Made by a program: the position numbers and the translations under genes
The notes under the pieces: model-generated
The model's database searches: none
What the model saw: the letters and a program-made list of their open reading frames with translations, nothing else
What the model was told of the DNA's origin: nothing
Origin: Lama glama
Lineage: Eukaryota
Length of the DNA: 64,000 nt
Direction of reading: 5' to 3'
Assembly (NCBI GenBank): GCA_028534125.1
Contig: CM052816.1
Location: forward strand, 28,646,001-28,710,000
In this document: piece after piece, positions 49,670-64,000 of the stretch
Position numbering within the stretch: the stretch's first letter is position 1
How the letters are laid out: the number at the start of each line of letters is the position of its first letter

Positions 49670-50680
49670 AGTCTTTTATTTAGTTATTAATATAACAAAT
49701 ACTTTTAAAATGCTATTACATTCACAACATTCTCCTAGGCATTAAAGGGTAGAAAACAAAGATTCCTATCCTATAAGAGCATAGGTAGTAGCTTTGAAAT
49801 AAAAGAATATATGCATGAGGCTGTTATATGTTGAAGATTATATATGACTTAATTTCCAAATGAATTTTATGCACAAAACATACTATTGGAGTTCTAGAAT
49901 GCCAAGGTAAGTGGTTATTTGAAGAGTTAAGAACTGTACTGAGAACTGGGTCAACCTTTGAATGAAAGAGGAAAGAGATGGGCATCTCAGGTGGGGAGAT
50001 TGGTTGCAGCAAAGACTTAAGACTGAGGGTATCTATACTGGAGAGTGAAGTGACCCATCTGGCTGAAGCAGAGTTCCAATGTTTAGATGTGAATAACTTG
50101 AGTGTGTCCAGATTTTGCTTGTTTAGTTACAGTGGTATATGTGCCTACAGGTTAAGATATTTTGTGTTAGAGTAGATGGGAAATCACTGGATATATATTA
50201 GATATTTTTCTGGATCAAAAATTTTGCTCATATTGAAGGGAAAGATAATTGACATCAAAATGAAAAATTATGTCACGAGTATGTTGCAAGATTCAAATGA
50301 AACTGAGTAGAAAGACCTAAGGTGAAAATACAGATTTGAGCTGTGTTAATATCCTATTGGTAGCTAAAGACCAGACTGTGGGTGAGCTCTTCAAAGACAG
50401 TGTTTAGAGTAAGACAAGCAGAGTTTGGGGACAGATAAAGCAAGAGTTGCACGTGAAAGAGTTTGAGACTTTGTGGGAGGAGTATGGGGTGATCTAAGAG
50501 ACAGGGGTTACAGAAGCTGTACTTCAAAGAAGGAACTGTCACCACTATTAAAATAATGCAGTGAATTCATATGACATACAGATTAAAAGGTATCCTTTAT
50601 ATTTAACTCTTAATAAGTGATTAGCAACATTTGACAATTTTAGGAAAATGGTGAGTTAGGAAGCTCAGGTAAGGTTAGAA
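49670..50680 (-). mobile_element. L2 fragments
   Basis: 'gaactgggtcaacctttgaatg', 'gagtagatgggaaatcactgg' and 'cagatttgagctgtgtta' are reverse-complement L2 motifs. Confidence 0.55.
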
Positions 50681-53600
50681 TTTTGTTTCCCTATCTCCCA
50701 TATGTGGCTCATTTGTAGGTTGCAGCTTCCCTTAGGTGGTATTCTCTGACTTCCTACAAATGCTATTAAAAGTTCCTTCACAACCAGCTATCTATATACC
50801 TTTCATGTGCTGCTCAAGTTGACTATGTGACATCAAAGAAGGGAGGAGATTCTCAGGAATGATCCCAATATGAGGAAACCAGCATGTGGAACAAGAGATT
50901 TAAAGGCCCAAGGGCAATGATCTTGGTATGAGCTCTACCATGCACAGATAAATCTGCCCCAAGGAAAAACAATTTCCCCAAGATGGCTGTAAAGGCTTGA
51001 GTTGGAGAGAAACGACTTCTTTGGGAGTGAGGATCCCTTTTAGAAAAAAAGGCAAATACATACTAAAAGTACGAGGCTCATAAGCATTGTTAAGCTGTGA
51101 GCTTGAGACCTGTGGATTTTCAAATTTTTTAGTCTTCTACTCCCTAGGATAATTTCAAGTTAGATGTCCTGTTTTTAAAATTAGAATTTAAATTTTTTAT
51201 CACACAATTCAATGGCTTAAAAGATAAAATTTTTATTTTAAATATAATTGTCGTATCACTTTTTAAAATGTATCCAAAAGGATTATAAATATAATCACAA
51301 TGATATAATTACTCCATCATTCAGTTAAAAATATACAAACATATAATTTTTAATGTTCAAAAGTTTGATTGCTTTTTCCTCAGTGGAATTATATTTTCAT
51401 TCAATTTTCCCCAAATATTTTCATCCTAATATATTTTTATGCTTGAGTGTTTTTATTGAACACTATCATATTTCTTTGCAATAAAATATATAATTGAATA
51501 CGTATTTATCCTAAAATTGCCTATGAAAATTAAATTTAAGTGTCTAAAATTTCTTCTGAAATTAGTTACTGTAATAATTGTTATTAGTAACCAATTGTTC
51601 AGGACATTATAAATCATTGTAAGTAAAAATTTTAAAACATAAAAAGTAAAGTTCTATTGGAAATGGATCTACTGCTGCGACAGATGGGAAGAAGTGCTGT
51701 GGTACCTTTATTAATGGAGTTTTCCTTTAGCACATGGGAGCTTCTGCATATCTGGGCAATGCAATGTGTAAAATTTGGGAAGGGGAGAAAAAAGGTGATT
51801 TTCCAAGAGGAGCCAGGAAAGAACAGGCATGTCCCTTTATAGCAAGCATTTTCCCAGGAAAGAGAATATGTAGAAGTTGAGGCTCTGAAAATCAATTTCC
51901 TTAATGACACCCTTACTCACACACACTTCTGCTCTCTCTTTATGTGCTCTCAGGGCACTCCACTTAAAGAGCATTTCAAGTTAAAGAGTGAGGCTCTCCT
52001 GAAAAGACAGCATTCTTTCCCAACTCACCCCACCCATTTAGGGAAAAAAGTCTGTTTTTTGTGCAATAGACTCTCTGGCACAGGACTATAAGACATATAA
52101 TCTATTATTTTTAAAAAGCCATTATAGGCCTGTTTTTAATTTAAGAAAAGGAATTAAAGGTGGGATTCCATTACTCCATTCCATTATAACTCATGAATCG
52201 CTTTCCTTACACAAGTGGCAACATGACTTTATTAAAAGGACTCTGTTGAAAAATCCACTCAAGCATTATGCAAAAGACTTCAGTAGACTGAGCAAACTGG
52301 TGCCAAGGTTTCCCAAGAGAACACTGTCACAGCAATGCAGCCGAATGCTGTGAAAAAGCAGGCACAGGTGTGAAGGCAGGAAGAAGAAGTGGGGCTGGGT
52401 TGTCAGTGGAGACAAGAGTCAGAAGTTTTTGGCATGATATAAATAAGTTCTCAAGGAAGACTCATAGGATTATACTTAAGAGTCAGACCACTAGCTGTGA
52501 AAATGGTTAAAGAGAAATGTTTACCCCTCAAAAGCAAGAAGCAGATAAAATGACGAGGAATGTGAGATCATAAATAGACACTGATATCTAAGAGTTTTAC
52601 TTAGTAGCAGAAGGCAAATGATAACAGGTTGGAACAACCTGTAGAGTGAGGCTACTCTGTCAAAAATTATACAGAAATGATTTTACAAGAATGATTTTAA
52701 TTTTTGGATGACCATGTTGAACCCTGTTTCAGGAACGTGGTGAAGAAAATGTATTATTTGGTGTTCTTCTGGAGGAAAGAACAACATAATAAATGTAAGA
52801 TGTTGCTTTTAACATCAGAACTCATGCATCCCACGCTAGTAAAAGAAAAAAAACGAAGCAAAAACCAGAAACTAAGATAGTGAGCAAGGTATGAATCATA
52901 TCCTGTTCTCGTAGAATTCTGTGGTTATATATGAATTACACAATTTGGTTATGGGAATCAGCCACTAGAAGTTTGTATAAATGTTTTTTGACTGAACTGG
53001 GCAGAACCAAAAAGGACAAACAGTCTCAAGTAGAGGAAATTGCTACATCTTCAGAGTAAAACTCTGGCATTTACTTACATCTGTGTTCTAAATGTCAAAT
53101 TCAACACAAGACAAAGTTTAACTGTATGTCAGGTCTAAGACTTGAGAAACACTCAGCACAGAGCCTGCTCACTGGAAGAATACTCAACACACATCTTTTT
53201 AATGAATAAATAAACTTATTAATGAATGAAATGGTTAGTATCCCCACCAAAAAAAAATCATAAATTGCATATAGGGATAAATACTTTAGATTTTCAGATG
53301 TGTGAAAATCTGGTACTACTGTATTAATTTTAGGAAACAAACTTAAACAGAGGAAAGTAGTGACTTTAAATTATTTTAAATGTAGTTTACTAGTTCTTTC
53401 ACTATATTATTATTACACATATTCTTAATCTAATTTATTTATGAATTATTTTCCTCCAAAAAAGTATAGGTTCTAGTTTAAAACCTCAAGGTTTTATTTT
53501 CAAAGAACAAGTTAAACTAAAGAACTAAGATGTACTTCAAGCAAAGCCACTTCAGAGTGGCAGTTTCCTTTCATTGCATTAATGTGATTTTTTCTTCTTT

Positions 53601-56600
53601 GCTTCTTAAGATGGAATGGAGCACTCAAAGGAGTTTAATATCCTATGTTGCATCTACTGTAAAGATTAAAACAATACATAGATACGCAAATAAATGAACT
53701 CTCAAATGAACTTTCTGAGCTGAAAAGAAAATTGAAACCAAGTCAATCTGACAAGGTATATATTTTATACACATTTTATGATGGTGTTATGAAAAATCTA
53801 CTAAGAAGACAGAGCAAAAGCATTTATCATATCATTCCGACCTCACTTTTTACTTTGTAAGAAGATGAAGTCGAAGAGTAAAAAATATTTCTCCCTTAGT
53901 AAGTTATTATTTATAGAAATTATTGATACAACCATTATGAGGATTAGTTCCAGAAGCATTTCAGTGAGTGAGCATGCCATCTGAGTGTAGGTCATTCTTT
54001 CTGCTGAATTGAGTGAGGAGCTGAACCAGATATTCATTATCTTGTGTATTTCATATGTGATTCATGAGAACTACATTTATAGCATTACTGCAACCTCAGA
54101 CAGATTGGGGGTCCACTTCCAATAGAGTTTCACAGACATTGACTTGGACTTAGAAAAGATGAGAATTTTGTGTTTAAAAAATCAAGTGCACTTTGCAATG
54201 TATAGTTTTACAGTTAAATTAGTTATAATTTTGCTCCAAAGTAATGTTCTACTTTTGCTGAATTCATGTTAGTGTTACTTATTCAATTTCCAATTTTAGA
54301 GTTCACTAATATATTGCTTCAGTGAATTACACACTATTCTCTTTCTGTATCTCCCAAACTATGGGTGTAAACAACACATTGTATATGTACATACAGTGTC
54401 AAATCATTTAAGTAGATTTTCGAAGAAGGTGAAAGTCCTCTATGAGTCACTTTTCCTTCTTCTCCAATCCTAGCATGAATTATCCACCCAAACAATTACC
54501 AGATGTTGCCAGCTCACTTGGACATAGTGTTCTGACATTCTGGTTGATCTGGGGTCTGTGACCACTGCTGGGAAGGCTCCCTACTTGCCGCTTGCTCCCT
54601 ATGCTGAGCTACCCTAGTCTAGCTCCAAGTAAACCCTGCTGCCCAGTCACCATCATCTGTTTCTTCTTGCCTATTTGCCTATGATTTTCCTTCCATAAAG
54701 GAATGTATATAAATATATACACTTTTTATAAGAGTTCCTCCTCTCTGCCCTTCCACATTCAAATAAAACATGTTATATCAATTCTTAATATCTTCTTAAA
54801 GAAATTAAAAGGTTTCACACACTCAAAACAACCCCTTATGGTACCAATAACCAGAAACATACAAAATACATCTTTCAAATCTGATATTTTGGCAAGTGAT
54901 ATTTCACAATTAATTTTAAGTAGGCAGCCAGACATTAATTTTCAATAGCATATGGTTGTTGAATCTAATTATTTAAAGATAAAATCTACCAGCTTCAATT
55001 CCTGATTGCAAATTGAATTTGACTCTGAGACTGTTTTATTTCTCTTGCTCTCTCTCCATTTCTATTTGTGTGTGCACATGTGTCTGCATATACATATCGT
55101 GTTATTCAACTTGTTAAGTATCTCATTAGTCTAATAGGAAGACTATTTTATAACTAACAAAACCTGTTGGTTCGTAGGTTAGTATTTTAGTACTTACAAG
55201 GTAAATCCTAACTCAGAACTCAAATTTTAGTACGTCTTCAAAGTTGTCTATAATTATTGGGTTTTATAGGCATTCTCTAATGCAGGCTTTGAAACAATAA
55301 CCATTTAAAAGTGAGCAAAACATCTGCCTACTGTTAATCTAAAATGTCCCCTATGTCATCTGAGGGACAGGAGAGCTCTAAGGATGCTTAGGTTTGTCAT
55401 GAACAGCTCTAAGAATATTCCCCCATGGTTGAATTGACCTTTCTAAATGTAATATTCTTGGGATTAACATTTTCCAACATTCAAAACATACCTGCAAACT
55501 AAAATGCATCTGCTGCACAATAGAGATTGGAGTGCCTGTGCCTCTTTATACATGCAAATTCTTACATGGGATTTCAGATGTGATAAAAGAGTAGTTGTAA
55601 TGCTTGGGATGGACTAAGTGATATTAGAAAGAACTCAGGTATGGGAATAAGAACAAGATTTTTAAGTGGAAGGTAGACTCAAATTCAGTTGGCAGCTAAT
55701 TAATTTACTAAGAAGATAAAATAACAAGACAAAGAAATATGACTGAATTTCCATCAAAGACAACTCTAAAACAGAAAAAAAATTACGTGAGTTACCAATA
55801 AAATATAAAATTTAAGAACATAAACAAATTTAATGGCCTCTGACTTGATCAATTAATTAAATCTTCTATAAAATATATACACAAACTCTTTCCTCTCATT
55901 TTAAAGTAAAGTCAAAATACTCATCAGCATGTGTTCAAATGTAACTTCTCTGTATAGTAAAGATGATGTCAAACTGTCTTGAATGAATGGAGTCAAGTGC
56001 TGACTGGGTAAGAAAGCGCAGTGCTCTAGGAAACAGATCCCACTGACTCGTAACACCTCTGAAGTCTCCTTTTTGTCTCTAAAATAGACTAGGCATAGAA
56101 TCACAAAAAAACCTAATGAAACTCCTTGGGAACAGCTCCTCAGTCTAAAAGAAGCATTTAAAAATATAATTTCTGATCATCAGTTTACCTTTGTGATTAC
56201 ACTGCCAAGAGAAAGGATCAAATGTCTTCACTTTTGATAAAAATTTTCCTCAATACCACATTTGGGTCATTAAAGTCACTCAAACCAAACCTAACTCAAC
56301 AAACCAGACAGATAAAGCCAAAGTTTTTGTACTTATTCTGAGAACACATATATTTCCCTAATTTGTCTGGCAACTAGTTAAAATATATTTTAAATACATA
56401 TATGCAAATAAGTATACATACATATATACATTTCTGAATAATGGCAGCTTATCTAAAACTTGTTCTGCCAGTTTTCCTTCCCTTAATAGTATTTTTCATT
56501 TCTTGTTCCCCACTCCGGTTAAAAAAAAAAAAGAGTAAGTTGAGTCTATGTCTCCATCATTGGTTTCATCACAGAAAAAATACTGTATTATTATGAAAGC

Positions 56601-59600
56601 AAATGTTCATATTTTAAAAAAGATTTAATATGTTCATTAATTTATGTTATTTTAGAAACCCTCCAAATAATAATTTTTTTCTATCCATGCAACAAATTTC
56701 TAAAAAATTTTTAAAAGGAGTAAAAATTCAGAAAAAAATTACCTATTGTTTCCTTTATAACAGCAAGTCAATTAAACTCAGGATGAAGTTTTCAGGTTAA
56801 AAGTTATTGTTTAAAGTCATTGCTACCTCTATTTTCTGCTCTAAAATCAGTGGAATTAAAAACAAAGAAGAACAGAAAAATAAGCTTTATTTTTAATGAA
56901 ACTATAGAAGAACTACTAGCAAATATACTGAAATACAGGTCAAACTGAGGGATGATATTCAGGATTTAAACCATTTCAGATCTCAAACAGGACACAGAGT
57001 ATTTCCAAATTAGGAGGTACACCCTGGGGAGTGGAAAGGGGTAAACCAGTAATGTCTTGTTTGGAAAAATAAGGCCAATTGGCACATACAGGTTATAAGA
57101 AGTCCTTGTGCCAATGTGACACCAGTGGAGTGACAGGGGAAGTGGGGTAAGATGAAGAACATTGTGGACACATTATCTGTGCCTCAGGCTCTTGTCACTG
57201 TGCCAGGGTGGAGGAGCACGGTAAGTGAATATCATTTCTAAAACTTCTAATCTCTGGCAACCAAGGAGAAGTTTAAAAAAAGAAAACAAAACAGTAAAGA
57301 ACATGTGACACACAGGGTTCTGCTATGAGTCAGAAATATCTTCTGCTATCTCTGTGCAGATATACCCAAGGGTAGAGTGTTAGTGAGTTTGTGTAACTGA
57401 CCTGAATTCTATATGCATGTTTCCCAGCACAATACTCTGGCTCAGACTCAAGTGCCACTTATTGTTAAGCAGCAAGTTGGCCCAGAAATAATATCTGTCA
57501 TTCCAAGATTAGCAATAATTAGAAAGATACAGTATGTGATATATGTAAAGAAATTACAAGAAAATGTAAAAAAAAAAGGAATGCAATTAATACACAACTT
57601 TAAAAATACTGCAAAGAATACCAAACTGAAGAAACTGAGAGATAATATTTCTTAAAAACGGAGAACGGAGCTGGCATAGCTCAGCAATGAAAGGAAAAGC
57701 AAAATTATTTAGAACATTTAAAAATAGATGCTGTATAAAAGAGAATGGGTACTACTGAAAAAGTCAGTTACTGAGAAAACAGGTTGGCTAATGCTCAAAC
57801 AAAATGAAATAAAAACTAAATGCTGAAATTTATATGATTATATATGCATAGGAAATATTTGAAAAATAATGAAATAAACTTAACAACGGTGCTTCTGGGG
57901 AGATTAAACAATTTAGGGGTCTTACAGGAAAGAAAGATAGTTACTTTTAATTACGTACTTTTATTCTCTCTTTTTATTTTTACCATTAAAGTTTTATTAT
58001 ATAAATTAGCTATTGTGTGCATACTCCACTACATTTATACTATATTAAACTATCCTACAGATGTTTGTAGCAGATTAAATTTGTACTTTATCCAAGTTGA
58101 TGGAAACATGATTAGAAACAGAAAGTGTCTTGGCTCTCAAATTTGTTAATCAAAAAAGAAAAAAAAAAGCATTAATCTTTTACAATTTTCCACCAATACC
58201 TTACTCTTCCTCTTTTGAACTGAAAGTTTCTTTTTTTGTGTGTGTGTGAGATCCTAATAGAACAAATTGTCCAGAAGAACATTTTAAATTAATGGTTCCC
58301 CAAGAGCATGACTGAAAAAATATGCTGACCCTCTGCTTATCAATGCCCTTTGAAATCAGTACTGATTTTTAAAGGATGATAGACAGTTGTTCTTTTGAAT
58401 ACCATACCCATGTTCCCATTCTACATTTCTTGACAATAGAACTTTGAATTAACTCCTTGGAAAAAAAATTGTACCTTATTTACGGATCTTTTCGGAATAT
58501 TGTGCAATGGCTGGTTATACCTAACATTATTTGATTAGAATTAAATGTAGATGGAAGAAGTACTAAGGAGGAAGAGAGATCATAGAACATGAGAGAAAAA
58601 AAGCAATGAAAAAACAGATGTCAAATGATCAGAGAGCAAAATTATTAACAGCACCTTTAACCAGATGAAAAACATTATTTCCAGTCTCCCAAGAAATGGT
58701 GGACCAGCTAAAAACTTTCTCTGAGACTTTTTTTTTTTGATACATGGACCACGCTTACATGATATAAAAAAGTCAAATGAAATGAGATCACTTTATTTAA
58801 TCAAATATGTATAGATTGCACATTTAAAAAAAAAACAACAGCGTGCTTGATTCCTGTATTATGTCCTCCAAAAGCACAGCATACATTCACATCATTGGGT
58901 CTCAACATATGGTAGCTTTTGATGGGCAATATTAAAGGAGATGGTTACATAGCTTACAATCTTAATTAAAACAATTTTTGAACATGTTCATAAGCAAACT
59001 ATTAAAGACTGTAATACTGATATTGAGCTAAGAAACTAAGCAAACTGGGAAATGTAAGTAATATAATCAAAAAGGAAAGTAACTGAATACACAAACAGAC
59101 TTGAAAAATATACAAACAAAAAATGATGGCATTATTTAATTGCTGTAAGTTAGATTTATTTTTCCTCTTCCACCTAAGAATGTAGTGCAATGGTAAACTT
59201 AGCTTTAGAAACAGAAATGTTGAAATAATCTACTTAGTGGTTTAAAAAGATAATAAAGGTACAAATTTAACTAAAGATAAAAGATGAGGAGCAATAAATC
59301 ATTGAGGAGAGACAGTGATACAAATGGAGTAAACCTGATTTATTCCTTGAAAAAAGGACAATTTCCCTACTTAATCACTGTAATTAATTCTTCTAAATTT
59401 AGACTTAAAAAACCCCAGATATTCATGGATGACTGATGTGGTGACTTGTGATTGGAAAAGAGAAAGCACTGTAACACTGTGTTTTATTTTTAGTGGTTGA
59501 AAAAGAGAGGACGAGAGAAGACAACCTTTCATCTCAGCTTTTGTTCTGAAACAAAAAAAGAAATCAATTTCCGGGGTCTAGAAAACATTTTCTAATTAAA

Positions 59601-61959
59601 AAAAAAAAAGTCAGATTCCCTTATAGGGCACAGTAAACACAGAAGGTTAATTTAAGTGTGAAAGAATTCCAAAAACAAGAATAAGAAAACAAAAATATAA
59701 AACCAGAAACTCAGTAATATAGAAATGGTGATTAACATCATCAAGAATGCTGTTGGCCTATTCGGATCTGCTACTGCGTCTTGAGCTTTTCTTTCTCTTT
59801 TAGGTACTTTCAGAAATTTACCTTGGCTCATAAAAATCACTTCTTTCATCTTTGTTTTCAAATTCTACAATATTTTTGAGCTAATAAAGGTAAATCTCTT
59901 TTCAAATATACTAATATGTCACTGTAAATTTCGATTAGTTTATATTCCCAAGGAGTGGCTCCCATATTGATAAACTCTTTTTTTTCTTTATCAAACTTTA
60001 TGCTTGGAACCCTTGGATCAAGCGCTCTTGGGAGGATCCTACTTTCCTAGTGCTGAAGCACCTCAGTCCCAGCATTTCCTGTGCATTATTGTTCCTTTCT
60101 TCTCTCAGCAGGCCCTGCATCTCCCCAATTAGGTTACACTATGACTTAACACTAATATTTCATCTGATTAACAAGAAATGTGAAAATTTTGAAATTATTT
60201 CATCTAGCTCCTAATTTTATTTATTTATTTATTTATTTTTAGCTCCTAATTTTATAAACATAGATATAGGTTCAGAAATGAAGACATAATTGCTGCTCAT
60301 AATGTTTAATTTTTCCAATTCCTGTGTCATTTTTACTTGTGTGGAAATCTAGAGTATTTTAGCAAAGAAAATTAGACCTATGTCTTATTTGGGGGTTACT
60401 TCATATTTTGCTAAGGTTTGCTAGAATGAGTAAATTTGTAAAATACAAATTCACTAACACACGTCACTATATGAAATCTCAAACAAATGTTTTGGGGTGT
60501 ATTTGATTATGCTAATGTGTCACTATTTGGAGGACAGCTGGATATCTGCTGCGGTACTTTAAACCAAGTTATTTCAATGTTGTTTTTACTTATTTTCACT
60601 TTAAAATTTTATCTGTCAATATCTCATGCTTACTAATAATAGTAGATGATGAAATCAAGAAAGTGTGCCTTTTATTTTAAAGCAATCACCCTGTATTTAT
60701 CAGTCAGGTCTACCAAGGAAGCATACATTATAGATATAGTGATTAAAATCTCACTGATAATGACAGATAAAATGTATTTACTTTAAATAGTTTTATTTAA
60801 AAGAAATATGACTCTAAAGACACATTATTCTGGTTGGAGTTCTTCCCTTAGGGCAACATTGATTTAAATGATTCATCTTCATTTGTTCTAGTTATATGGA
60901 AGAAAACATCAGAATATAGATTGACAGTCTTTTATATAATATAATTTCTATTTTACACTGACCCAATTTTCTTTTTAGCTAATTAAAACACCCTCAAGTG
61001 GCTCTAATAAAATTCCCTCAGGATCATTTGTAGGAAAAAGAATGAAGAAGTCTGTCCATGGTGTAAACCGATTTCCCTGTTTACAGCTTTTCTTTTTTGT
61101 CTTTCTTTATGGTCAATAGAAAGCGAACCTGATTTCCGACCAAAATCCTGTGTGCTGTCTCAGGCCTTCCCATAGGCAATGAGAAGACACTGCATGGCAG
61201 GCTTCACTTGAGGAAGCTGCCTTCCCCGCATCAGGCTTAGTACATAGCCAGTGCACTGAAGTTTTTCAAGACAATTGCAGTCAAGGACTCGGGCCCCTCT
61301 GAGCCAACCTTGCCCATATGCTCATCTGCCCTCCGGGCACATAAGACTCCATCTGGAGGCCTCCTTCTCTGGGGTCTTGGCTGATGCCCTTCTCAGGTGC
61401 TTCCACCAGAGACCTCTTTTATCCTGACTTTGGCTGATTTACTTTTTCCTCTTTGATTCAGTCACTCCTGGCCCTTTCCCTTCACTGTTCCCATTCAACC
61501 CATGAGTCCGTAAAGAGCTAAAAGCCTTCTGCTGGGGCTTCTGTGCTGCGTCCACCTGACCTTCAGCTCTAAGTATTCCACAGGAAAAATGAAATACTGG
61601 GGAAGTGTCACCACTTTTGCCTCTTGCTTGTACTGTCATAATAAGTGGTCAAGTCTTGATTGTTACTTTCAGCTTTGTCCTAATTGACCACCTGACACCT
61701 GACTGCCTAACAGTTAAGTGTTTACCAAATTTCAGACATTACTTAAGTGATCATGGAACTTGCTTTCTCTCATTGCCAATTGTTAAATGTACCATTCTCT
61801 TCAGCCAATATTCAGATTTTATGATAATACTTTTGAAGATACAAATATTTTTGAGGTTAAAAGAATAATCAAAAAGGGTGGAACTTTAGGCATTATGATA
61901 AATGGTGTAAGGGTTAGGGGCATATACCTTGAAGAGCTGGAGTGTTTTAAACATATTGA

Positions 61960-62455
61960 TAAGAATACTTAACATGAGATCTACTCTCTTAATAAATTTT
62001 TGAGTACACAAGACAGTACTGGTAATTATAGGCACAATGATGTACAGATCTCTAGACCTCATTCATCTTACATAACTGAAACATACCTGTTGAAAAGCAA
62101 CTTCACGTTTTTCCCTACCCTTGGCCCTTGGCAACCACTGTCTTACTTTCTGTTCCTGGGCAGGATTATTTTAGATACTTTATGTAAGTGGAATTGTATA
62201 GATTTGTCCTTCTATGACTGGTTCATTTCACTTAACATAGTGTCCTCCAGGTTCATCCATGTTGCTGCAAATGGCAGGATTTCCCTCTTTAAGGCTAATA
62301 CAAGCCACACTTTATTTATCCATTCATCTGTTTGTGAATATTTAGGTTGTTTCCATACTTTGGCTATTGTGAACAAAGCTGCAATGAACATGAAAGTGCA
62401 GATATCTTTCTGACAATCCTGATTTCAATCATTTGGGGTAAATGCCCAGAAGAGA
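61960..62455 (-). mobile_element. L1MA-type 3' end
   Basis: 'cttaacatgagatctactctctt...gtacagatctctagacctcattcatct...tcctccaggttcatccatgttgctgcaaatggcaggatttcc'. Confidence 0.85.
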
Positions 62456-62649
62456 TGGAATTTGACCCATATACATGCACCTGGATAGACACCTATTCTG
62501 CCCACTGATAGTGGACACCCCCACTTCTCTTTAAAAGTTACACTCAGCATGTGGTTACTTATCTCCGTAACTGCACAACCTTACCGTGTGTGCTCTTTTT
62601 TTCTCAGAGATTACCTGAGTTTGTAAGGAACCTGAAGGAAAAGCCAAAG

Positions 62650-62995
62650 TTGTTACACTGGTGTGTGGAAATCTACCCGTTCTGTCCTGTCCTTGGATAA
62701 TTCTCCACCCTCCTTTCCTACACCTTCCTTCTTGCTTCCACAAGAAACCAAATGAAGACACATAGACTTCTGCTCCAGGACTTTGCATTCGCTCTTCCCC
62801 AACCAGGAATGCTCTTTTCCCAAATATCTCCTAGCTTGTTCCTCCTCTTTTCTCAAATGCTCTCTCTCAGCCATCGTATTAAAAGTCAGAACTCCCACCT
62901 AATACACTCCCTTCTTGTTCCCTGCTTAATCCCTAATACCTGAAATATCTAGAACATGGAAGGGACTCAATAAATATTTGTTGAATAAATGAAAA
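62650..62995 (+). mobile_element. L2 3' end
   Basis: 'ccaggactttgcattcgctcttcccc' and terminal 'ggactcaataaatatttgttgaataaatgaa'. Confidence 0.75.
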
Positions 62996-63639
62996 GAAAA
63001 AAATACACTGCAAATCAGGAAATCAAGAATATCCTTTGAAGTCACAAAAGGCATAATGTATTATCCCTGAAACTCATCTGTTACTTCAATATAGATAAGT
63101 ACTCTATTTCTAAAGTTCAAATACTGGTAGGATTGAAATAGACAGCAAATTCCTAAGTGGCTGTAGCTAAGAGAATTGTTCCGAATTGCAGCGAGTAGGA
63201 AGTAACATATAGCCCTGGATTTCTGTGTACAGCCGACGAATTATTTTCCAATCATACCTGGCCTGTACGCAACTCTCTTCCTACTTTAAGATAGAGCTGA
63301 AAAAATAATCTGCTCCTCCTTTGGCAGCATAGTTCAGAGACCCAGCAAAGATCAGAGAGCACGGAGAAGAGAGAGAATGAGTAAAAACACACAGAACACA
63401 GAGGACATTCCCCCTAATGAGTAGCTCCAAGCAGTACTGAAAAAGTGCATGAGCCTCCTGAAATTCTAGCATGCCACAGCCTCAGGGAATGATTAATAAG
63501 AAGAACTGCTTTAACTTTGAACCTTCAGCAATTGCAAAGATGCCAAGAATGGTCTGTAGTTAGTGGTAAACCTATTCCAGAGGAACTGACTATGGAAGCA
63601 CAGGTTAGCTAACTTTTACCAGCTCTTGGCAATATGATG

Positions 63640-63780
63640 AATATCATCTGTGTATCCTTCACAGCAACTTCATGCAGTTGTGTACTATGACTTGTAAAAA
63701 ATTAGGCTTCCTGATCAAAATCACAATCTAGGAAGGAGGGGGTTCAGAATTTGAACCTAGAATCTTCTGATGTAGTATAC
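63640..63780 (-). mobile_element. MIR fragment
   Basis: 'atccttcacagcaacttcatgcag...ttcagaatttgaacctagaatcttctga'. Confidence 0.55.
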
Positions 63781-63874
63781 GGAAAAGAGCTACTAAAGGA
63801 TGAGCAGAGAAAACCAGGAACTGATAAACATATCAGGAAATGTGACAACCACAATGTTCATTTACTGCAGTTGT

Positions 63875-63921
63875 TATATATATGTGCATGTGTGTATATA
63901 TATGTGTATATATGTGTGTGA
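63875..63921. repeat. (TA)/(TG) mixed dinucleotide microsatellite
   Basis: tatatatatgtgcatgtgtgtatatatatgtgtatatatgtgtgtg directly visible. Confidence 0.8.
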
Positions 63922-64000
63922 TTATGCATGCATCTTGTTTAGGATATCCCCAAATTCGGACTTAAATCATTTGCAATGAATAATTCTGCTGCATTCATAA

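Noticed and set aside
62000..62413. 137-aa plus-strand ORF
   Set aside because: Antisense reading of an L1MA 3' end, a common spurious ORF type.
1..64000. CRISPR arrays, operons or other prokaryote-type systems; additional host genes or processed pseudogenes
   Set aside because: The sequence is mammalian. I saw no regularly spaced repeat-spacer array, and no ORF other than PRR16 and transposon remnants resembles a protein I recognise. Short exons or lncRNAs cannot be excluded by eye.

Overview
Mammalian genomic DNA, most likely a camelid: there are two copies of a tRNA-derived SINE resembling the camelid Vic-1 family, an artiodactyl-type Tigger1 deletion derivative, and no Alu or Bov-A/Bov-tA elements that I could recognise. 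The only host gene I can support is the 5' end of PRR16 (Largen) on the minus strand. Its coding exon 1 lies at 2338-2180 (53 codons, followed by a GT donor) inside a CpG island, with intron 1 running off the left edge. The remaining ~61 kb is upstream intergenic sequence with no recognisable genes, dominated by decayed transposable elements (L1, L2, MIR, MaLR/ERVL/ERV1 LTRs, hAT and Tigger DNA transposons). Several are nested and have readable target-site duplications. Apart from PRR16 and a few L1/ERVL remnants, the ORF-track entries look like chance ORFs. I found no evidence of a novel multi-gene system. The most worthwhile leads are a 50-codon uORF ending 22 nt before the PRR16 start and several unusual retrotransposition structures. 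Repeat family names come from my recollection of consensus sequences, not from a search, and boundaries without TSD/TIR support are approximate.
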